64,000 nucleotides of DNA from a bacterium (GCA_021813125.1 JAKALT010000005.1:107-64106); one strand, 5' to 3'. Shown: positions 17,355 through 27,497, numbered from the stretch's first letter. Made by a program: numbers and translations. Notes: generated by a model from the sequence alone, not told the origin.

Positions 17355-18505
17355 AGAACATAAATTTTCCTAAAACCCAGGTTAACTTAAAAGCCACAAA
17401 GGCGACCTTGCTTGTGCTGGCCGTTGCGGTTTGGATAATCAGTGTCATTGCCGTTGCAAGGTATTTAGGCAAGTTGCCGGGCGTCACGGAGCAGGGCCAA
17501 GAAAAGCAAACAACAAAGATTGTAAGTGAAGAATCGGATATTATAAGTGTCGTCAAAAAAGTTTCGCCTTCGGTTGTTTCGATTGCCGTAGGTAATCAGC
17601 AGACGTTGAATTTTTTTGGCATGCCTGTTGGCAGCCCAAATCAGGAATCAGGGATTGGAACGGGGTTTGTGGTTTCGGCAGACGGGCTCATTATGACCAA
17701 TAAACATGTTGTTTCGCAGGACAACCAGAAATATATTGCAATAATTAAAAACAATGACGGAACCGAAAAGAAATACGATATCACTCAAATAAACAGGGAT
17801 CCTTTTAACGATTTAGCAATAGTTAAAATAGATGCAACTGGTCTTACTCCGGTTGACATGGGAGATTCCGGTAATTTACAGGTTGGACAAACGGTTATTG
17901 CAATCGGTAATGCGCTGGGACAGTTTGAAAATACGGTGACAACAGGTGTTGTTTCGGGGCTAGGCAGGGGAGTTAGTCCGTTTGACCCGTCAACAGGAAT
18001 TTCCGAAAAACTTGATGATTTGATCCAGACCGATGCGGCAATTAACCCCGGTAACTCCGGAGGGCCGCTTGTTAATAGTTCTGGGCAGGTAATTGGGATT
18101 AACACGGCTGTTGCCTCTGCCCAAAATATCGGATTTGCGCTGAAGATTAATACGGCAAAGCAGCTGCTTTCCGATTTCAAAAGCAGCGGTGGCAAAATTT
18201 CCAGACCATTTTTGGGAATTCAGTATACACATATACAAAAGGATGTAGCACTTTTGAATGGTGTTCCACAGGGAGAGCTTGTAAGACAGGTTGTTCCCGG
18301 ATCTGCTGCGGATAAAGCAGGAATAGAAGTTGGAGATATAATTTCCGATTTTGATGGGCAAAAGCTGACAGACGAAAATACACTTACAAATATTATTCGC
18401 AGCAAAAAAGTTGGAGACCAGGTGAGACTGAAGGTTTACAGGGAAAATAAATCCCTGGATCTTACGATAACTTTGGGCGAAGCCCCGACCGGCGGATCTC
18501 AATAA
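17351..18505 (+). CDS. HtrA/DegP-family trypsin-like serine protease with PDZ domain
   Basis: GTGFVVSADGLIMTNKHVV (His), DLAIVKI (Asp), NPGNSGGPLVNSSGQVIGINTA (Ser); C-terminal PDZ; ATGA overlap with ctp. Confidence 0.85.
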   Translation: MKNINFPKTQVNLKATKATLLVLAVAVWIISVIAVARYLGKLPGVTEQGQEKQTTKIVSEESDIISVVKKVSPSVVSIAVGNQQTLNFFGMPVGSPNQESGIGTGFVVSADGLIMTNKHVVSQDNQKYIAIIKNNDGTEKKYDITQINRDPFNDLAIVKIDATGLTPVDMGDSGNLQVGQTVIAIGNALGQFENTVTTGVVSGLGRGVSPFDPSTGISEKLDDLIQTDAAINPGNSGGPLVNSSGQVIGINTAVASAQNIGFALKINTAKQLLSDFKSSGGKISRPFLGIQYTHIQKDVALLNGVPQGELVRQVVPGSAADKAGIEVGDIISDFDGQKLTDENTLTNIIRSKKVGDQVRLKVYRENKSLDLTITLGEAPTGGSQ

Positions 18506-18990
18506 GTGTGTGTAAGAAAAGTTAGAATTCCGCCGAAAAATTTTCCGATTGCAAAGTATACATTTGCCCAGATGAAAGCGGCAATTGCCGTATAAAACCA
18601 AAAGGTTTTGTAATCGATTTTAAAGGTGCCGGCTGCAATTGGGTTGATAATGCGAAGTCCGGGGACTAAACGGCCGATTGCAATTGCCGTGCCGCCGTGT
18701 TTTTTAAACCAACTTTCCACCTTCTTCAACTTTTCCGGGGTAAAGCGAATATATTTGCCGTATTTTTTAACGAGCGGATTTCCGATTTTTCGGGACACGG
18801 TAAATAGGATTGTTGAGCCAATAAGTGTTGCCAATACGACTGTTGGAACAATAATGAAATAATTCGATTTAGGAAGAGCCGCCGCCGCGGCAATGAAAAT
18901 GTCGCCAGGAATAGGAATTGGAACACCGGCTTCTTCTGCAAAAATTATAAAAAATAATCCTAAATAAGAATATTGTGATAGTATTTCCAT
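18499..18990 (-). CDS. DedA-family (VTT/SNARE-associated) membrane protein
   Basis: MEILSQYSYLGLFFIIFAEEAGVPIPIPGDIF...; start moved to the internal Met (18990) because the ORF-track start at 19119 would overlap the divergent HAD gene by ~100 bp. Confidence 0.65.
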   Translation of the reverse strand: MEILSQYSYLGLFFIIFAEEAGVPIPIPGDIFIAAAAALPKSNYFIIVPTVVLATLIGSTILFTVSRKIGNPLVKKYGKYIRFTPEKLKKVESWFKKHGGTAIAIGRLVPGLRIINPIAAGTFKIDYKTFWFYTAIAAFIWANVYFAIGKFFGGILTFLTHTY

Positions 18991-19011
18991 TAAAATAATA
19001 ATACACGAAAT

Positions 19012-19665
19012 ATGAAACTTTTTGTTTGGGATTTCCACGGAACGCTTGAGAAGGGAAACGAAAAAGCGGTTTTGGAGATAACGAATAAAATTCTTAGGGA
19101 CAGTGGCTACGACCGCCAAATGTCTGTAGATGAAAACTCAACTCTTTACGGTAAAAAATGGTATGAGTATTTTCAATATCTTTTGCCGAAGGAGAGTTTG
19201 GACAGGTGTCTGGATCTACAAAGAAAATGTGTGGAGTATGAAAATAAGCACCAGGATATTGTCAGAAATTTTATTAAACAAAATGATTATGCCAATGTGG
19301 TACTGTCAAAAATTAAAGATGCAGGTCACGACCAGATTTTAATTACCAATACTGCAAAAGTGGCCTTTATGATGTTTGTGCAAATTGTGGGGATAAGTGA
19401 GATTTTTCCAATCGGTAAGAAATCTTTTACTACAAATCTGCATCAAAAACATTCAACTTTAACTAAAAGGCAAGTTTTGGAAAATTATTTAAAAGGCAAA
19501 AATTTCAATAAAATTATTGTTGTAGGAGATAGGGGATCGGATGTTGAACTAGCCGGATTTGTGGGTGGAACTTCTTATTTATATGCGCACCCCGGAAAAG
19601 ATTTTTTTGAATGTCTCGCTGACTATAAAATCAGAGATTTAAGGAAAATTTTGGCAGAACTTTAA
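19012..19665 (+). CDS. HAD-superfamily hydrolase-like protein
   Basis: N-terminal motif I-like FVWDFHGTL and C-terminal VVGDRGSDVELA (motif IV-like). Confidence 0.45.
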   Translation: MKLFVWDFHGTLEKGNEKAVLEITNKILRDSGYDRQMSVDENSTLYGKKWYEYFQYLLPKESLDRCLDLQRKCVEYENKHQDIVRNFIKQNDYANVVLSKIKDAGHDQILITNTAKVAFMMFVQIVGISEIFPIGKKSFTTNLHQKHSTLTKRQVLENYLKGKNFNKIIVVGDRGSDVELAGFVGGTSYLYAHPGKDFFECLADYKIRDLRKILAEL

Positions 19666-19800
19666 TTAGTTTTAGGAGTTTTCTTTTAGAGTTTCTACGA
19701 TTTTTTCTAAATTACCATCCATAACGCCTGCTCTTCGATAAGGATAATGAGAAATAGGCCGAAGTAAGAATAGTGTTAAAAGGATAGCACATAATATTAG

Positions 19801-21252
19801 TTAGAATCCTCTTTGGTTAGGGGGCTTTAACTTAAAAATTTTAGTTTTATATCCGGAATATTCACCAATTATTTTTGAAGAAAGGGAGTTTTTTTCTAAA
19901 TATTGTTCTGTGTAATCAGGAAAAACAAACAAAGCGTTCAGGACAATGTAATCGGACGAATTTAGGATGCCTCTGTATTTATCAAGTTGTGTAGGGCCAG
20001 GCGGGAATTCGTAAAATTTTAAACCATTCTTGCCTCTTAATGCCAGATAAGGATCGGGAATTACGGACAAAAATACAGTGCTGTTTGGTTCAATGTTTTC
20101 CGAAATGTTTTTTGTGAAGCTGGCGAAGTTAAAATTACTGTTGTAGATAATCATTTTTGAAAAAATGATATTAAAGCTTATAAAGGCGATTATGAGGAGC
20201 AATGTGTAAATTCCTGTTTGTTTTATGATACCCGACTCTTCCTTTGCGTTTTTTAAAAGTGATATCAATATCAAGGCTAAAAAGGGTTGAAAGTAAAGAA
20301 AATACCATTGTTCTTTGCTGAAGATTACTGTGGTAGCAGAAATAATAAATCCTGCAAGAAGGAAGTAATTTTTTAAGCTGCGATTTTTATAGACATGGAG
20401 TGCAAAAATGAATAAAGCGATTAAACATAAAATGATTAAAATTTGCCATTGTCCGTCACCCCATCTATGTAATACCCAAGATTTTACAGCTGCTTTTTTA
20501 GCAAGATGCATTTGCATTTGCGCTATGAAAATATTTAATGTTTTTATAATTGTCAAAAACCATATTACAAAACCTAATGCTACAGGGAGCGAGAAAAATA
20601 ATATTGCATTAACTTTTTCCCGAAATTTTATACTGGAAAGTAAAATTGATAAAGCAATTATTGCCGGTGCAAGAAGCGCAATTACATGAGACAAGATAGC
20701 CAGTGAACAAAAAATGCCGCTACAGAGGTAGAGTTTTTTGTTTGTTGAGTTTAAGGCATTTAGAATGATTAAAAATGAGCATAGGATGAAAAAGAATGCA
20801 AGGATATCCATTCTTCCAATTCTTGATGACTGGTTGAAGTTGGGATCAATGGAAAGTAATAAGGTGGCCAAAGTTGCGTAATAATAGGTGTTGAAAATAT
20901 GTTTTGCGATCAAAAAGAAAACTGCAAGCGAAAAAATTCCTAGTAGTAACGACAGTGCCCTAACGGCAATTATTGAGGTTCCAAAAGTGTTAGTCCAGAT
21001 TGAGAGGAAATAGGAATACATTGGAGGTTGCCAAACTGCATATTGCGACATTCCTGGAATTGTATCCTTAAACAGAATGGTCGAAAAAGTACCTTTAGTA
21101 GAAAAGTTATTTGCAATATCCAAAAATATGCCTTCATCTGGCCAGGGCAGGGGGTCTTTAAGATATAAGAGGCTTGAGAATATTAAAAATGGGGTTATTG
21201 CCAATAGGAAAAGCAGTACAATCTTGATTTTCTCTTGCCATTTTTGAGCCAT
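19801..21252 (-). CDS. ArnT/PMT-like (GT-C fold) integral membrane glycosyltransferase
   Basis: 483 aa, ~12 predicted TM helices, GT83/GT39-like N-terminal region (GRMDILAFFFIL, ...). Confidence 0.5.
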   Translation of the reverse strand: MAQKWQEKIKIVLLFLLAITPFLIFSSLLYLKDPLPWPDEGIFLDIANNFSTKGTFSTILFKDTIPGMSQYAVWQPPMYSYFLSIWTNTFGTSIIAVRALSLLLGIFSLAVFFLIAKHIFNTYYYATLATLLLSIDPNFNQSSRIGRMDILAFFFILCSFLIILNALNSTNKKLYLCSGIFCSLAILSHVIALLAPAIIALSILLSSIKFREKVNAILFFSLPVALGFVIWFLTIIKTLNIFIAQMQMHLAKKAAVKSWVLHRWGDGQWQILIILCLIALFIFALHVYKNRSLKNYFLLAGFIISATTVIFSKEQWYFLYFQPFLALILISLLKNAKEESGIIKQTGIYTLLLIIAFISFNIIFSKMIIYNSNFNFASFTKNISENIEPNSTVFLSVIPDPYLALRGKNGLKFYEFPPGPTQLDKYRGILNSSDYIVLNALFVFPDYTEQYLEKNSLSSKIIGEYSGYKTKIFKLKPPNQRGF

Positions 21253-21367
21253 GTTTTATCTGACTAAGATAGAGTATCTTACGAATTGCTTAATCCGTCG
21301 CGTTTTCCAAATGAATATCAACTGATTTTACCAGTATTGATAAATTTAAGGAAATCTTATGCTGAAG

Positions 21368-22288
21368 TTATTGGCTCTTTGGTTCGGTTTTTAAAGTATC
21401 GAAGATTTTTTCTAAATTACCATCCATAACACCTGCGATGTTGCCCCAGGATTTGCCAATTCGGTGATCTGTTACCCTGTCTTGCGGAAAGTTGTAGGTG
21501 CGGATTTTTTCACTGCGGTCACCGGTTCCAAGTTGTGTTGATCTGGATGCTGAAAGTTCCTGGTGAGTACGTTCTTCTTCCAAAGCGAACAATCGGGCAC
21601 GCAAGATTTCCATGGCGATTTCGCGGTTTTGGGCTTGGGACCTTTCCGTTTGAGCTTTGACAACAATGCCTGTTGGGATGTGTTTAATACGGACTGCCGT
21701 TGACACTTTGTTGACGTTCTGGCCGCCGTGGCCACCAGACCGGAAAGCTTCAAATTCAATATCTGCAGGACTTATAACTACTTCTGTCTGGCCGACTTCT
21801 GCTAAGACTGCAACAGTTGCAGTTGAGGTGTGAATACGGCCGGAAGATTCTGTTTTTGGAACGCGCTGTACCCTATGGACACCGGATTCAAATTTCAGTT
21901 TATCCCAAACATTTTTACCGCTTACCTTGTAAACAACCTCTTTTATGTTTCCGATTCCGCCTTCGTTTTTGTCCAGTTCATCGACTCGCCAGTTTTGGGA
22001 AGCAGCGTATTTGGTGTACATGCGGGCAAGATCACCTGCAAAAAGCCCGGCTTCATCGCCGCCGGCTGCAGCCCGGATTTCCAAAATTACGGAGTTTGCA
22101 CCCGGTTGCCCTTCCACAACTTCCGGTTTCTGGTAAAGCGCATTTTCAAGCTGGTTTTTTTGCTCTGTCAGATTTTTAATTTCTTCAGCGGCCAGATCTG
22201 CCATAGAAGGATCTGAAGCAGCTAGGTTTTCTGCATCTTTGATTTTTAATTCCAGATCTTCGATTTGTTTTTTCAGATAATCGCTCAT
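21368..22288 (-). CDS. prfA: Peptide chain release factor 1
   Basis: GGQ motif SGGHGGQNVNKVSTAVRIKH; RVQRVPKTESSGRIHTS (P-x-T type tripeptide region, RF1-like). Confidence 0.8.
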   Translation of the reverse strand: MSDYLKKQIEDLELKIKDAENLAASDPSMADLAAEEIKNLTEQKNQLENALYQKPEVVEGQPGANSVILEIRAAAGGDEAGLFAGDLARMYTKYAASQNWRVDELDKNEGGIGNIKEVVYKVSGKNVWDKLKFESGVHRVQRVPKTESSGRIHTSTATVAVLAEVGQTEVVISPADIEFEAFRSGGHGGQNVNKVSTAVRIKHIPTGIVVKAQTERSQAQNREIAMEILRARLFALEEERTHQELSASRSTQLGTGDRSEKIRTYNFPQDRVTDHRIGKSWGNIAGVMDGNLEKIFDTLKTEPKSQ

Positions 22289-22345
22289 AAGTCTAAGGTA
22301 TCAAAAGTTATAAAAGCATCAAAGGGATCAAATGTGAATTGGTAG

Positions 22346-22657
22346 CTAAGAGGCGGCTTGCTTTTTGGCAAGCTCCAACATTTCTTTGAGGGATTCCGGC
22401 CTTTTTCTTTCTTCTTTTTCCTCTAATTTTTGAGTTTTTTGGGCAATATGAGCTTTTGCGCGTTCCTGGCTTTTTTGGAATTTTTCAACACGGCCAAGTG
22501 TGTCCACGTACTTCATTTCGCCGGTGAAAAATGGGTGGCATTTGTTGCAAATTTCAACCCTAATTTCGGGCATAGTTGAGCCGGTTGTAAAAGTGTTGCC
22601 GCAAATGCAGACGACTTTGGCGTCATCAAAGTATTGCGGATGGATATTGGTTTTCAT
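22346..22657 (-). CDS. rpmE: 50S ribosomal protein L31 with C-terminal extension
   Basis: [28 protein letters not shown]...KCHPFFTG. Confidence 0.9.
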   Translation of the reverse strand: MKTNIHPQYFDDAKVVCICGNTFTTGSTMPEIRVEICNKCHPFFTGEMKYVDTLGRVEKFQKSQERAKAHIAQKTQKLEEKEERKRPESLKEMLELAKKQAAS

Positions 22658-22691
22658 AGTCCTGGTATTTTACCAAATAAGGTTTTTTAGT

Positions 22692-23597
22692 TCAATTGAC
22701 GTGTTTTTGGTGCAAAATATGATTCTTGCGATGATGTTCTGCCAGGAAAACTCCCACAACAATTAAAATTGCACCAAGGGAAAAAGATTGGGTGATTTTT
22801 TCTCCCAGAAGCAAAATGGAAGCTATGATGCCGGAGATTGGGTCTACGTAGAAGAAAAGTGCTGCTTCTCCCGCGGGAAGAAGGGATAGGCCTTTTTGCC
22901 AAAAGTAAGACGCCAGGGCAGAGGCCAAAAATACTCCATAGAGGATTCCAAATAGTCCTTCAATATTTACCGAATTAACCCAGGTAGGATTTTTAATGAA
23001 TTCAAAAGCCGAAAATGGCATAAAGACAACTGCTCCTATTGCAAACATAAAAAATGTCAGCTTTAAGGCGGAGTATTTTTTTAGCAGCTTTTTGGCGTAA
23101 ATTTCATAAGCAACAAAGGCAAACGTGGCGCCTATTAAAAGCAGGTTTCCTGTTGCTGCTTTTAAGTTGAGGGACAGAATTGGAGTTCCGACAATTACAA
23201 TTGTACCCAAAAAAGCCGTTATTGAGGCTAATACTAATCTTAATGTAAGCTTTTCTTTTAGATAAAGATGGGCGGCAAACAAGGTTATTATGGGGACTGC
23301 TGCCGTGATAATTGAGGCATTTATAGCCTCTGTTAGCTCGAGACCTTTGAAAAACAGAAATAAGTTAATGTTGGTTCCCAAAAGCGTTGCAACTACTAGC
23401 GTTTTTAAATCTTCTTTTTGGATTTTTAAATCTTTGACAACAAAGGGCAGAAATATGGCTGTAGCTAAAATTTGACGGATAAATGCAAGGGTAAATAGGG
23501 GAACCTGCGTTAAGGTCACTTTCATAATCGGGGCTGTTGCACCCCAAATTACGGTTGCAGTAACAAGAAGCAGGAAGGCAGGCTTAAGCTTCATCAA
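22692..23597 (-). CDS. EamA/DMT-family transporter
   Basis: 301 aa, 10 TM helices in two repeated halves. Confidence 0.6.
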   Translation of the reverse strand: MMKLKPAFLLLVTATVIWGATAPIMKVTLTQVPLFTLAFIRQILATAIFLPFVVKDLKIQKEDLKTLVVATLLGTNINLFLFFKGLELTEAINASIITAAVPIITLFAAHLYLKEKLTLRLVLASITAFLGTIVIVGTPILSLNLKAATGNLLLIGATFAFVAYEIYAKKLLKKYSALKLTFFMFAIGAVVFMPFSAFEFIKNPTWVNSVNIEGLFGILYGVFLASALASYFWQKGLSLLPAGEAALFFYVDPISGIIASILLLGEKITQSFSLGAILIVVGVFLAEHHRKNHILHQKHVN

Positions 23598-24495
23598 TTG
23601 CTTCGATTAGGCGGTCGATGCCAAAGGAAAAACCAACAGCAGGAATTTGGCGGCCGGCAAACATGCCGATTAGGTTGTCATAGCGGCCACCGGCACCAAT
23701 TGATAAAGAGGCTGGATTGTTATCTGGCTTGAGTTCGAAGATTGATCCAGTATAGTAGTCAAGACCTCTGGCGAGTGTGGGATCAAAGAAGAAATCTTTG
23801 TTTTGTTCAAGTCCGAGTTTTTCTAATGAACTAAATATTTCTTTTGTGTTTGAAGACATGGTGGTTTTATCTATGTTAGTTAAAGTTTCAATGTCAGATT
23901 GAGCAAAACCTTTTTGCTTCAATTCTTTTTTAAGTTCCTCCTTGCCGACCTTGTGGATTTTGTCGATTGCTCTTATTATGTCGATGTGTATGTTGGAAAA
24001 GACATTGCGGTCATTTATGGCCATTTGGGCCTTTGCAAGACCAAGGCTTCTTGCTGATTCAATTGCTGCCTTGATAATTTTTGCATCTTCTTCCAAACTG
24101 TCCGAGCCGACAGTGTCGAAATCGAATTGGGTGAATTCGCGGTATCTGCCATGTTGGGGGTTTTCGCCGCGGAAAACCTGGCCGATTTGATAACGGGAAA
24201 AAGTTGGGTTAAGCAGATTTTGGTTGTTGGCAACATATCGGGCGAGGGGAACAGTTAAATCATACCGAAGTGCAAGTTCACGATCTCCGCGATCTTTAAA
24301 TTTGTATATCAGCCTTTCTTCCTCACCATATTTTCCGGTGAGGGTTTGTGCAAATTCGATAGTTGGTGTTTCTAGGGGAACAAAGCCAGCATTTTCCAAA
24401 ACGTCCTCAATTTTTCGGATTAAATTGCGGCGTTTTTTGGCAAGATCGGGATTTATATCTCTAAATCCTTTTGGTGTCGGCGGCGCTTTTTGCAT
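23584..24495 (-). CDS. Histidyl-tRNA-synthetase-like class-II catalytic core, no anticodon-binding domain
   Basis: PKGFRDINPD, ALRYDLTVPLARY, FRGENPQHGRYREFTQFDFDTVG, GAGGRYDNLIGMF...GFSFGIDRL; ends right after motif 3 (303 aa). Confidence 0.8.
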   Translation of the reverse strand: MQKAPPTPKGFRDINPDLAKKRRNLIRKIEDVLENAGFVPLETPTIEFAQTLTGKYGEEERLIYKFKDRGDRELALRYDLTVPLARYVANNQNLLNPTFSRYQIGQVFRGENPQHGRYREFTQFDFDTVGSDSLEEDAKIIKAAIESARSLGLAKAQMAINDRNVFSNIHIDIIRAIDKIHKVGKEELKKELKQKGFAQSDIETLTNIDKTTMSSNTKEIFSSLEKLGLEQNKDFFFDPTLARGLDYYTGSIFELKPDNNPASLSIGAGGRYDNLIGMFAGRQIPAVGFSFGIDRLIEAIDEA

Positions 24496-24510
24496 AATAC
24501 AAACTTAATC

Positions 24511-25305
24511 TTACAATAATGGTTTTAGAATTTCTATTGCACCCAAAGCTGTTCGAATTGCACGATCAACACTTATCCGAGCTTTTTTAGTATTTAGGTG
24601 GGTTCCAGGAATTGAGAACCTAAATTGATTCTTGACAATTTGATCTAGTGGTTCCGGATTGTAGTTTACGGCAAGAACCGCACCGGAAAGTACGTTTCGC
24701 ATTGTTGATATCAAAAAAAGCGGTGCACATTCCATTTCTGAAGACAACAGGGGATAGTCCCATTTTTTCATTCTTGGGTTTAAATATAGTTGTCCCCATC
24801 TTTTAAAATTTGATGACTTGCCATAAAATGCATCGTGCGTTCTGTTAATTCCGACGTAATAAGGAAATTTTTGGTTTTTTGCACTTTGTTCAAGAGCCTG
24901 GATAACTTTATAGTTGGCGACTGCTGGAAATTCTGGAGGCATATATTCTTTTGTAGTCCCTTCCTCTCTTATTGAAGCTGTTGGAATAATTACTGATCCG
25001 ACTTTAATTTCTTTTTTTAAAGCGCCACCACATGTACCTACCCGAATTAAAATTTTAACGCCTAAATTTATGAGTTCTTCTGTGGCAATAGCAGTTGAGG
25101 GACTTCCGATTCCAGTAGATGTGACCGTGATTTTTATAGCACTGTAGTATCCAGTGTAAGTTACAAACTCACGGTTGCTGGCGACAAGTATTGATTTCTT
25201 AAGATATTTCTGAGCTATTAATTTTGCCCTCTCAGGGTCGCCTGGTAGCAGGACAATTTTTGAAATATCTTGTGGTGAGCATAAAATGTGAGGTTGTTTT
25301 ATCAT
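24511..25305 (-). CDS. Nucleoside phosphorylase (PNP/UDP family)
   Basis: VLLPGDPERAKLIA, TGIGSPSTAIATEELI, IRVGTCGG. Confidence 0.7.
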   Translation of the reverse strand: MIKQPHILCSPQDISKIVLLPGDPERAKLIAQKYLKKSILVASNREFVTYTGYYSAIKITVTSTGIGSPSTAIATEELINLGVKILIRVGTCGGALKKEIKVGSVIIPTASIREEGTTKEYMPPEFPAVANYKVIQALEQSAKNQKFPYYVGINRTHDAFYGKSSNFKRWGQLYLNPRMKKWDYPLLSSEMECAPLFLISTMRNVLSGAVLAVNYNPEPLDQIVKNQFRFSIPGTHLNTKKARISVDRAIRTALGAIEILKPLL

Positions 25306-26213
25306 TTTCCCTCCTGAATTATTTGCTCAATTAAATAGAAAGCCCCATCGGCAATTGTTTTGTTTTGTGGTGCTACAAGACCGTTTGTTTCTGCGATAAT
25401 TTTTTTGTAAGCATCTGTTGCATTGCCAACCGCACAATTAGTTACTATCCTACCAAGATTTTGCATCGAATCGTTTTCGGTATCACCAATCATGTAATAT
25501 CTCAAGTCTTGTGGGAAACTTTCTATAAACAATTGCACTGCTTTCCATTTTTGAATTTTTGGATTTTTTACCAGACAGCTGCCGATTTGAGGGTAACTTT
25601 TAACTATCATTTTTTGGCTAGGTGGTAGTATTTTTTCTACTTCTTGAACGAATAGTGCTTTTGTTTCCTCAGTCTTTTGAACATCAATCGATAATATTCC
25701 GTTGTTGTCGGATTGCCTTATATATATTCCAAGACTTTCTTCTCTCGCAGAGTTGATTAAATATATAGTTTTGTTTTTTTCATTAATATTTTTTGTTGTT
25801 TGTATGTAAGGTGTGGCGTTTAGCCGGTAAACAACAACGTTTGGTTTTTGATTTAGCTGATTTTCAATACTGTTTGTAAGGTTTTGAAAAAATTGTGCTC
25901 GGCTTTCTTCTGTATAGAGTTTTATATTTTGTTGTGGAAGGTATATGTATGCTCCGTTTTCGGCGATAACAGGTGAGTTTGCATCAAATTGTTCAGCATA
26001 CTGGGAAAGTGCGATGCTGCCCGTGTCAGAAACTAAAACAACCCAATATCCTGCTTGCTTTGCACTTTGGATTATTTCCAGTTTGCTTTTATTGGGTGGA
26101 GTAAAGTTGTTATTTTCATCAAGCCAGACTCCGTCGACATCAGAAAATATAATCCCTTTTTCGGGTTCGCCAATTATTTCCCGCAGGTTAACTGTCCGAA
26201 CTAGCTCTATCAT
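25302..26213 (-). CDS. HAD-IIB (Cof-like) phosphatase
   Basis: Motif I FSDVDGV, motif IV MIGDTENDSMQ. Confidence 0.55.
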   Translation of the reverse strand: MIELVRTVNLREIIGEPEKGIIFSDVDGVWLDENNNFTPPNKSKLEIIQSAKQAGYWVVLVSDTGSIALSQYAEQFDANSPVIAENGAYIYLPQQNIKLYTEESRAQFFQNLTNSIENQLNQKPNVVVYRLNATPYIQTTKNINEKNKTIYLINSAREESLGIYIRQSDNNGILSIDVQKTEETKALFVQEVEKILPPSQKMIVKSYPQIGSCLVKNPKIQKWKAVQLFIESFPQDLRYYMIGDTENDSMQNLGRIVTNCAVGNATDAYKKIIAETNGLVAPQNKTIADGAFYLIEQIIQEGK

Positions 26214-27091
26214 ACTTGCCTGAACCTTTCTAAAAACTCTTGTAGTTGTTTTGGATTTTTAAAATATTTTTCAGCGTAAGAAATTTTTGTTTCATCGTAT
26301 TTTGCGTCTGAACTTATAAGACAGGAAAGGCTGTTTATCGGAGGATTTTTTGCGTAATTTCCTTTTAGTGCGAGACTTGTTATCGATTGATTTATATCTT
26401 CGCTTAGGTACGCACCAAATACGCAAATCCAACTAGCAGTTACTATATTGGATTCGTAATCTATTAACTTAAGCTTGAAGGCAAGAGTGTCGATAGTTTG
26501 TCCAGATGCAATAACGTCATCAACAATTACGATGTTTTTTGGAAGTTGATCTGGGAGATTTCCGTAATCGATTTTCAGGTCAAATCTCCCAGGTTTTATT
26601 TTTATTCTAGTAGTGGGCAAATAAACAGCCTTAGAAATGTCAAGAAATTCTTCTGCACTTTTTATGTACTCACTTACAACGCGAGCTCCGTTTCCAGGGA
26701 AAATATATAGAGGGTTTTCTATTCGAAGATTTTTTATCAAGCTAACTAATGCTCCGGTTTGTTTTCTTGCATCGACAACCTGGACCGTGCTTTGGGAGAT
26801 TTCATTTAATGCCCTGACCTGATTGTTTAATTCCTCATTACTTCTTTGGCCTAGTGGATTTACATCTTGGATTATTATTGAACCATCAACTAAGCATGCC
26901 TGAGCAAAATTTATTTCAGTGTATGCTTCCGAAAAAGCACAGGACACTGACATACTTGGTACTAAATCTGAGAGATCTGGCCTTACTTTAAACAAGAGTC
27001 GGACATCTTGAGCGTCAAAATCTCTTTCTCCTTTGCCAAGAAATTTTTGCCTGTCTTTTGGCCAATATATTTGTGATAGATTTCTTTCCAT
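26210..27091 (-). CDS. Phosphoribosyltransferase-domain protein
   Basis: PRPP-binding motif NIVIVDDVIASGQT. Confidence 0.6.
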   Translation of the reverse strand: MERNLSQIYWPKDRQKFLGKGERDFDAQDVRLLFKVRPDLSDLVPSMSVSCAFSEAYTEINFAQACLVDGSIIIQDVNPLGQRSNEELNNQVRALNEISQSTVQVVDARKQTGALVSLIKNLRIENPLYIFPGNGARVVSEYIKSAEEFLDISKAVYLPTTRIKIKPGRFDLKIDYGNLPDQLPKNIVIVDDVIASGQTIDTLAFKLKLIDYESNIVTASWICVFGAYLSEDINQSITSLALKGNYAKNPPINSLSCLISSDAKYDETKISYAEKYFKNPKQLQEFLERFRQV

Positions 27092-27104
27092 GGTTTTTCT
27101 CCAT

Positions 27105-27128
27105 TAAAAAACCCGCCGATTTGGCGGG
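27105..27128 (-). terminator. Rho-independent terminator (minus strand) after the yerC-like gene
   Basis: Minus-strand reading cccgccaaatcggcggg + tttttt. Confidence 0.6.
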
Positions 27129-27212
27129 GTGAGTTTCTAAAATTTGCTAGGTTAAATCACTCCGCCTTAGGTGGGGAGTTGTGATGATTTATCTTGATTT
27201 CTTTTTTGTTTT

Positions 27213-27497
27213 TCATTTAGATAATCTTTTTATTATTAACTTATAGCCGCCCGTTCCGCTTGTAAGCCATTTACTGATTCTGGCAATAGTGGTAGATGAC
27301 ATACCTGTTTCTTTTTCTATTTTTTTATAATTTATTTTTTCCGCCAACATATTTGCTACCTTCCAGCGGTTGGCAAATTCTTTTATTTCTTCTTCTGTTA
27401 ATAGGTCCCTTATAAACCTTTTTGCTTCGTCTGGAGTTTGAAGAGCCAGAAAAGCCTTATATAACGATTTTGCTTCCTTAGAATCTTGAACTGACAT
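27213..27497 (-). CDS. TrpR-like YerC/YecD-family DNA-binding protein
   Basis: EIKEFANRWKVANMLAEKINYKKIEKETGMSSTTIARISKWL. Confidence 0.65.
   Translation of the reverse strand: MSVQDSKEAKSLYKAFLALQTPDEAKRFIRDLLTEEEIKEFANRWKVANMLAEKINYKKIEKETGMSSTTIARISKWLTSGTGGYKLIIKRLSK

Noticed and set aside
18990-19119. A 100-bp head-to-head overlap between the DedA gene (ORF-track start 19119) and the HAD gene (19012)
   Set aside because: The DedA-family homology begins at the internal Met MEILSQYS, which puts the start at 18990. With that start the genes are simply divergent, 21 bp apart.
21368-22288. Programmed +1 frameshift in the release-factor gene (as in prfB)
   Set aside because: The protein is RF1-type (PKT tripeptide region, GGQ) with a single uninterrupted ORF. 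There is no in-frame UGA or CUU UGA C shift site near the 5' end.
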